A stretch of 64,000 bases of DNA, from the NCBI GenBank assembly GCA_030550715.1, contig JAUQOU010000006.1:2436-66435 (forward strand). The letters run 5' to 3'. The DNA is from a bacterium. Its GTDB lineage: Bacteria; Calescibacteriota; Calescibacteriia; Calescibacteriales; Calescibacteriaceae. This document shows, piece by piece, positions 58,870 through 64,000 of the stretch. The notes under the pieces are model-generated. The model did not search any database and was not told the DNA's origin. It saw only the letters and a program-made list of their open reading frames with translations. How positions within the stretch are numbered: position 1 is the first letter of the stretch; each line of letters starts with the position of its first letter. Both the position numbers and the translations under genes were made by a program.

Positions 58870-59718
58870 ATGGTTGAGATATTTTTTCACATCGGGCTTG
58901 GCAAAACAGGAACAAAATATTTGCAGAGCGAGTTCTTTCCAAAACTAAATGGTGTAAAATATATAAAACCTCAACTTTACAAAAACGCAATAGAGATAAT
59001 ATCTGACGAAATCATAAAAAACCAAAAATCACTTAAAAAGAGAAAAATCCTTCTCTCACGAGAGTTTGACAAACAGCTTGAAACAGAAACACTACGATTT
59101 TCAAAATTTTTCCCGAACACCCGAATAATAGTTGTTTTCAGAAGACACGATGAATGGATTCTTTCTCAATTCAAGAGAACACTGAAAAACGGATACCATA
59201 TCAAATTCTCCGAATTTTTCAACTTTGAAAATACTGGAATTTTCAAAATTCAAGACCTGATATACAGAAAAAAAATCGAGCACATAAAAAACACCTTTTC
59301 AGAACAACCTCTTATTCTGACATACGATGAGTTCAAGAATAACCCCTCAAATTTTCTCATAAAAATATCAGAATATGTGGGAGCAACATTTGAAGAAAAA
59401 TCAATTCCTAAAAAATTCGTTCACAAAAGTTATGGAGAAAAAGAGCTAAAATACTCCTATATTATCTCAAAATTCATAGATTACAAACCAAGAAATAACC
59501 CTATACAAAAATATCTTTATGTCTTTCCCATAAGATACTCTATACTTTATCTCGGGAGATTTCTCCCAGAACCGAAAACAAAAGAAAAAGTATTTCCAGA
59601 AAGAGAAGAGCTTGAGAAAATAAGAGAGTTTTTCAAAGATGACTGGAACTTTTGCGTTCAGGAATCTCTGAACTCTGAAAAGTTATGCAATCTAAAACAT
59701 CAAAAATCTCACGAATAA
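58870..59718 (+). CDS. Sulfotransferase-family protein
   Basis: 282 aa. N-terminal PAPS 5'-phosphosulfate-binding-loop-like motif FFHIGLGKTGTKYLQ, and an RRHDEWILS-type second motif. Confidence 0.55.
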   Translation: MVEIFFHIGLGKTGTKYLQSEFFPKLNGVKYIKPQLYKNAIEIISDEIIKNQKSLKKRKILLSREFDKQLETETLRFSKFFPNTRIIVVFRRHDEWILSQFKRTLKNGYHIKFSEFFNFENTGIFKIQDLIYRKKIEHIKNTFSEQPLILTYDEFKNNPSNFLIKISEYVGATFEEKSIPKKFVHKSYGEKELKYSYIISKFIDYKPRNNPIQKYLYVFPIRYSILYLGRFLPEPKTKEKVFPEREELEKIREFFKDDWNFCVQESLNSEKLCNLKHQKSHE

Positions 59719-60859
59719 CAAAATCTGCAATACTTAAAAATTTCTTTTTTATTTTTATCTTTCCATCGTAAAGATTAAGAAACTGCATAAGACCTCTTTC
59801 AAAAAGGAGTTTCAGAAATTTTTCGGTATCAATTCTCAAATTGAAAATATCCACTCCCTGATTCACTTTTCTAAGACCAAGAAAAATTATCTCGTATAGC
59901 TCCTCTTTTTTTGAAATATGATGTATCTCATCAACAGGAAAAATTCCTCTTTCAATTCCCGAAAGATACAATTTCATATTTTTGGTGTTTGCAAATCTTA
60001 TATTGCCTAACTTTGACCACGAGGAGACACCTATTCCGAGAAAATCATCTCTATCCCAGTAAAGAAGGTTGTGTTTGCAAAAATTTCCCTCAAAAGCGAA
60101 ATTAGAAATCTCATATCTTATCATACCTGCTTCTTCAAGATACGATTGAACGTCAAAAAAGGGCTCCACATCTTCGGGAAGCTTCACCAATCCCTTTCTA
60201 ACCATAACACCCAAAGGAGTATTCTCATAAGGAGTGAGTAGATAGGTAGAAATATGTTTTACGCCAGAATTCAGAGCTATTTTCAGGTCTTCAAGATGCT
60301 CAGACGGAGATTGCTCGGGAATTCCGAAAATCAAATCGGCATTAACAGAAAAGTGAGGAGAGAAATTTTCAAGACAAGATATAGAGTCATAAAAACTGTG
60401 ATTTCTTCCCAAAAACCTGAGGTGTTTTTCAGAAAATGTCTGAACCCCAAAAGAAACTCTTGTTGCAAAAGAAAAATCAGAAGGTAAAAGATGAGAAGAA
60501 GGATTCACCTCAACAGAAATCTCCTCAAAATCTGCAAATTTCCTCAAAAATTCAGTGAATTCAGAAAGATATGAAGGGAAAAGTCCGGGAGTTCCACCTC
60601 CAAAATACAAAGTTGAGCACTGGGAAAAATCAAGAAACTCCGAATACATCAAAAACTCTTTTTTGAGAGCGAGGAAGTATTTCTTTGTAAGTTCATCTTC
60701 TGGAGGTATGCCCGAGAGAAAATCACAGTATGGACATTTTATCTGGCAGAAAGGAACATGAACATAAATACCCTTTGGCTTAAAACTTTTTTCTTTTAAA
60801 AAAGATAAAAGCGAAAAAGTGTTCTTTTCAGTTCCCAACGCATTATCATATGAAATCAT
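59633..60859 (-). CDS. hemW: Radical-SAM heme chaperone HemW (HemN-like, oxygen-independent CPO family)
   Basis: YVHVPFCQIKCPYCDF (CxxxCxxC) and GGGTP. 4-bp overlap with rseP. The 3' end overlaps the convergent sulfotransferase gene by 86 nt. Confidence 0.85.
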   Translation of the reverse strand: MISYDNALGTEKNTFSLLSFLKEKSFKPKGIYVHVPFCQIKCPYCDFLSGIPPEDELTKKYFLALKKEFLMYSEFLDFSQCSTLYFGGGTPGLFPSYLSEFTEFLRKFADFEEISVEVNPSSHLLPSDFSFATRVSFGVQTFSEKHLRFLGRNHSFYDSISCLENFSPHFSVNADLIFGIPEQSPSEHLEDLKIALNSGVKHISTYLLTPYENTPLGVMVRKGLVKLPEDVEPFFDVQSYLEEAGMIRYEISNFAFEGNFCKHNLLYWDRDDFLGIGVSSWSKLGNIRFANTKNMKLYLSGIERGIFPVDEIHHISKKEELYEIIFLGLRKVNQGVDIFNLRIDTEKFLKLLFERGLMQFLNLYDGKIKIKKKFLSIADFVIREIFDVLDCITFQSSEIPERKSSSHL

Positions 60860-62010
60860 ATCTTTTTCATTATTATACCTTTTATATCGTTGAAAGTCGC
60901 AAGAGCTGCTACTGCAAGCAGAATAAATAAGCCGAAAATAGCTACTGCCCCCCTTACCCTGTAAGATAACCTTCTTCTCACAAGCGCTTCAACAAAGAAA
61001 ATCAATATGTTGCCACCGTCAAGCACAGGTATAGGTAAAAGATTAAGTATAGCAAGATTTATATTCATAAAAAAAGATATCATTAGAACAGATGAAATTC
61101 CCTCGCTTACAGCGTCTGCGGTAAATTTTGCAATAGATATAGGTCCGCCTATGCTCTCGACACCTTCACGAGAGAACAAAAGTGGTATAGATTTCAAAAG
61201 AGTAATCATAAAGTCGTATGAAAAATACAAACTTTCAGGCAGAGCAGAAAGAAAAGAGTATTTCAGCAAAATCTTTGAATTCTCATCGGGAAGTATTCCT
61301 ATTACTTTTCTCCCGTTCCTGAATTCTGGTTCAGCAGTAAATTCAAGTATTTCATCACCTCTTTTTACCTTTATTACTACTTTATCGCGTGAGACCGCAA
61401 TTTTTCTTCTGACATCGTCCCATGTTTTCACTTTTTTCCCGTTTATCTCAATAACTTCATCACCTGGTTTTATGCCGATTTTTTCAGCGGGAGAGTTTTC
61501 CATAACTTTTCCAACTTTTGTTCCGAGAGAAGGGAGTCCAATTACAAGCAGAACATATATTGAAAAAACAGCAAGAACAACATTAAAGAGAGGACCAGCA
61601 AAAACAATTAAGAACTTTTGCCAGAAAGGTCTTGATTCAAGAGAATGTTTTTGAATATCTTCTCTGCTGAATCCGAAATTTTTTTCAATTTCTTCCCAGA
61701 CAAGTGAATCAATATATTCTTCTTTCAAAGATGAGATGAGCTTATCTTTTTTCAATCTCTCTTTTATCTCTTCTGCTAATATATCTATTTTTGTTCTTTC
61801 AAGCGGAGAGACATATCCACCAAAAGGAATAGCAGATATTCTGTATTCTGTCCCTCCGATGTTTTTTCTCCATATAGCGGGTCCGAATCCAACCGAAAAA
61901 CTTAAAACCTTCACTCTGAACAAACGGGCAAAGAGAAAGTGCCCAAGCTCATGGAAAAATATGATAAACCCTAAAATCAAAACAGCAACGAGAACATATA
62001 AAACAGTCAT
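60856..62010 (-). CDS. rseP: RIP zinc metalloprotease RseP (M50 with PDZ)
   Basis: HELGHF, a central PDZ domain (GIKPGDEVIEINGKKV), and NLLPIPVLDGG. Confidence 0.9.
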   Translation of the reverse strand: MTVLYVLVAVLILGFIIFFHELGHFLFARLFRVKVLSFSVGFGPAIWRKNIGGTEYRISAIPFGGYVSPLERTKIDILAEEIKERLKKDKLISSLKEEYIDSLVWEEIEKNFGFSREDIQKHSLESRPFWQKFLIVFAGPLFNVVLAVFSIYVLLVIGLPSLGTKVGKVMENSPAEKIGIKPGDEVIEINGKKVKTWDDVRRKIAVSRDKVVIKVKRGDEILEFTAEPEFRNGRKVIGILPDENSKILLKYSFLSALPESLYFSYDFMITLLKSIPLLFSREGVESIGGPISIAKFTADAVSEGISSVLMISFFMNINLAILNLLPIPVLDGGNILIFFVEALVRRRLSYRVRGAVAIFGLFILLAVAALATFNDIKGIIMKKI

Positions 62011-62117
62011 AAAAGAAAATTTTAGTCCATAAGACCCTGAAAAACTATTTTTTGAAAGTGTTTTTTAACCCCTAATGATTTTAGGTATATTGCGTAATAA
62101 TTTTCCGAAAAATAAAC

Positions 62118-62456
62118 TTATATTTTTCCCTGAAGGAAGAAAGCTATAACGAGTGTATAGATAACAAGTGATTCTATAAATACAAGACCGAGTATAAGAG
62201 GAAGGAACATTCTGTCAGATGCTTGAGGATTTCGTGATATTCCCTCCATAGCGGAAGCAACCACTCTTCCTTGCGCCAATCCTCCTAAAGATGCTGCTAA
62301 CCCGAGACCTAAACCGGCACCTATTGCCGAACCGAACTTTGAAAGTTCAGATAAAGAACTTGCAGATTCTTCTGCTGCAAAAAGATCACCAGCTGCAAAG
62401 AAAAACACCGCAGAAAGAAAAAGCATCTTCACCAAAAGATTTACTACTTTCATCAT
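62118..62456 (-). CDS. atpE: F-type ATP synthase subunit c with a signal-peptide-like N-terminal extension
   Basis: ATGATG at 62456 lies behind GGAGG. Core sequence is GAGLGLGLAASLGGLAQG...SRNPQASDRMF...FIESLVIYTLVIAF (RNP loop, ion-binding Glu). The first ~30 aa are MMKVVNLLVKMLFLSAVFFFAAGDLFAAEE. Confidence 0.85.
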   Translation of the reverse strand: MMKVVNLLVKMLFLSAVFFFAAGDLFAAEESASSLSELSKFGSAIGAGLGLGLAASLGGLAQGRVVASAMEGISRNPQASDRMFLPLILGLVFIESLVIYTLVIAFFLQGKI

Positions 62457-62558
62457 TCGTAACCTCCTTTTTGTAAAAATTGTTTGGTATATTAGGAAGG
62501 TAAGATAAAAAGATACGAAAAGCAAAAAATTTCGTTTTTGGAAGTTTTGATTTCGGAA

Positions 62559-62789
62559 TCAAACCTGAACAAATATCTCGGTAAAATCTTTCAGATCAGT
62601 TATTGATAGTATCTTGTGTCCATCTCTTTGCAAACTTCGAGGGACATCTTCTTTCGCAGCTGGGAAATCAACAACTATCTTTACTATGTCTCCTCTGCTT
62701 AAATTCTGCAACTCTTTTTTGGCAATTATTATATTCATCGGACACTCAACACCGCGAAGATCTAAAACCTTCTTGACCGAATAATTCAT
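62559..62789 (-). CDS. TusA/SirA-like sulfur-carrier family protein
   Basis: 76 aa. LDLRGVECPMNIIIAKKEL (CPxP variant CPMN) and a two-layer alpha/beta size typical of TusA. Confidence 0.7.
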   Translation of the reverse strand: MNYSVKKVLDLRGVECPMNIIIAKKELQNLSRGDIVKIVVDFPAAKEDVPRSLQRDGHKILSITDLKDFTEIFVQV

Positions 62790-62820
62790 AGGGAAATAAA
62801 TAGTTTAATCATTCACAGAA

Positions 62821-63477
62821 TTAAATTTCAATCTTTCTATCTTCTCTTATCTGTTTGAGAAAAAAGTTTTTCAGGTTGTCATCGTTCTGGAATTTTCCTG
62901 AAAAGAAGACCGTATCCATTTTTACCCCTTCCTTTTTCACTCCTCTCATCGCAAGACAAAGGTGATAGGCAGATACATATACTGCAACACCGCGAGGTTT
63001 CAAAACATTCTCTATGAATTTTCCTATATCTTCTGTAAGTCGTTCCTGAACCTGCAATCTTCCTGCAAAAAATTTCACAACACGTGGTAACTTTGAAAGT
63101 CCTATTATCTTTCCATCTGGTATATAAGCTATTGAACAGTTGCCAAAAAATGGCAGAAGATGATGCTCACACATGCTGAAAAATTTTATGTGTCTCACAA
63201 TGACAATTCCAGAATAATCTTGCTCAAATATGGCATCTCCTATAACATCATCTGGATCTGCAAAGTATCCCCACAAAATCTCTAAAATAGCTTTTGCATA
63301 TCTTTGAGGTGTTTTTACAAGTCCTTCCCTTTTCGGATCATCACCAAGAGCGTATATTATGTTCTCAACACTTTTTTTTATTATCTCTACTCTCTGCTCA
63401 AGTGATAGGGTTTCCTGTATACCTTTCTCTTTTCCATCTACTGTATTCTCCGGTTCTTTTGAGTTCCCTTTACTCAT
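62821..63477 (-). CDS. folE: GTP cyclohydrolase I
   Basis: FFSMCEHHLLPF and VQERLTEDI motifs, 218 aa. Confidence 0.95.
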   Translation of the reverse strand: MSKGNSKEPENTVDGKEKGIQETLSLEQRVEIIKKSVENIIYALGDDPKREGLVKTPQRYAKAILEILWGYFADPDDVIGDAIFEQDYSGIVIVRHIKFFSMCEHHLLPFFGNCSIAYIPDGKIIGLSKLPRVVKFFAGRLQVQERLTEDIGKFIENVLKPRGVAVYVSAYHLCLAMRGVKKEGVKMDTVFFSGKFQNDDNLKNFFLKQIREDRKIEI

Positions 63478-63551
63478 ATAGCGAAATCATCAAAATTTAT
63501 TTCAATAGATAAGTGTTGCGTAAAAATCAAGAAAATTGAAAATAACGAGAA

Positions 63552-63998
63552 CTATCTTTCAAAATCAAATAGAGCAAGAGAAAGGAAAAAATTAGTCAGA
63601 TCAAAACCCAGGATAATTTTCAGAGAAGAAAAACTCCCATCAGAAAAAGAAATAGCTCCCACAATCACAGGTATAAAAAAAGGAAAGAGAAAAATCAAAA
63701 TAGGTATGTTCATGTTCTCTTTGACAAAAAATGAGCTAAAAACAACAGATAAAGAAACAATTCCAATCCCACCCAATATAAAAGATAAAAAAGCATATAG
63801 AGAAAAGTTCATGTTTGCAAAGAAAACAAAGAAAAGGAAGAGCGCTGTTCCAACACTTATAAAAACAAAAAACACTGCAAAAAATTTTGAAATGAAAAAA
63901 ACCTCTTTTCTTACGGGAGAATTTAAAATACCAAAAATAACCTCCTCCCTCTCCTCATACTTCATAAGCTCCTGAGCTGGAAAAACCGATGAGAAGAG
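63552..63998 (-). CDS. CcmB-like heme-exporter/ABC-2 permease (5' end probably outside window)
   Basis: The reading frame stays open upstream of the ATG at 63965 to the window edge. The pattern ...EEREEVIFGILNSPVRKEVFFISKF... and the later IPILIFLFPFFIPVIVGA resemble CcmB. Confidence 0.45.
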   Translation of the reverse strand, partial: LFSSVFPAQELMKYEEREEVIFGILNSPVRKEVFFISKFFAVFFVFISVGTALFLFFVFFANMNFSLYAFLSFILGGIGIVSLSVVFSSFFVKENMNIPILIFLFPFFIPVIVGAISFSDGSFSSLKIILGFDLTNFFLSLALFDFER

Positions 63999-64000
63999 AA

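Noticed and set aside
1-64000. Search for CRISPR arrays, IS elements/integrases, toxin-antitoxin pairs and known defence-system signatures (nuclease/helicase/ATPase islands, reverse transcriptases)
   Set aside because: I saw no regularly spaced repeats, no transposase, integrase or RT-like ORFs and no tRNA-flanked island. RecJ and DprA appear to be ordinary housekeeping copies.

Overview
AT-rich, very gene-dense bacterial chromosomal segment with about 60 CDS on both strands, short intergenic gaps and several 4-bp ATGA-type overlaps. The proteome is K/E/I-rich (thermophile-like). Diderm hallmarks are present: a LolA-like carrier, a BamB-like propeller, many lipobox signal peptides and a prepilin-type pseudopilin. 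Most genes are recognisable housekeeping genes scattered singly rather than in pathway operons. They include infB (5' partial), uppS, an acyl-CoA carboxyltransferase, fabD, aroE, a SEDS protein, trpC, mnmG, nadE, dprA, mrp/apbC, trpE, an acyl-CoA dehydrogenase and a CPA2 antiporter with a KhtT-like regulator. Also present are an APC permease, cbiD, a HIT protein, fadD-like, yggS, recJ, DAHP synthase, nadK, murB, GTP-PEPCK, frr, cheD, hemW, rseP, atpE, a tusA-like gene, folE and a partial ccmB-like gene. I saw no rRNA, tRNA, CRISPR array, transposase/integrase or recognisable phage-defence gene set, so I cannot point to a clear novel 'system'. The parts housekeeping does not explain are listed here. 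(1) A family of Cys-rich exported or lipoproteins of unknown function has four loci within 22 kb. It includes a tandem pair whose second copy is frame-disrupted, and the pair shares a 52-bp perfectly identical island. (2) The only sigma-54-type -24/-12 element I could find sits in front of the largest member of that family, with paired upstream repeats. (3) A degenerate Hanks-type kinase with a PEGA domain lies divergent from an FHA-sigma54 enhancer-binding protein. (4) A three-gene cluster encodes a basic-tail protein, a tail-anchored PEGA-like protein and a Kelch-like lipoprotein. (5) An orphan GspJ-like pseudopilin lies directly upstream of a Wzy_C+TPR giant membrane protein. (6) Smaller oddities include a duplicated lysine-rich DNA-binding-like protein, a DHp-only histidine-kinase fragment, an orphan atpE with a signal-peptide-like extension and short promoter-proximal repeats. 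All functional calls come from motif recognition by eye; no database search was run.
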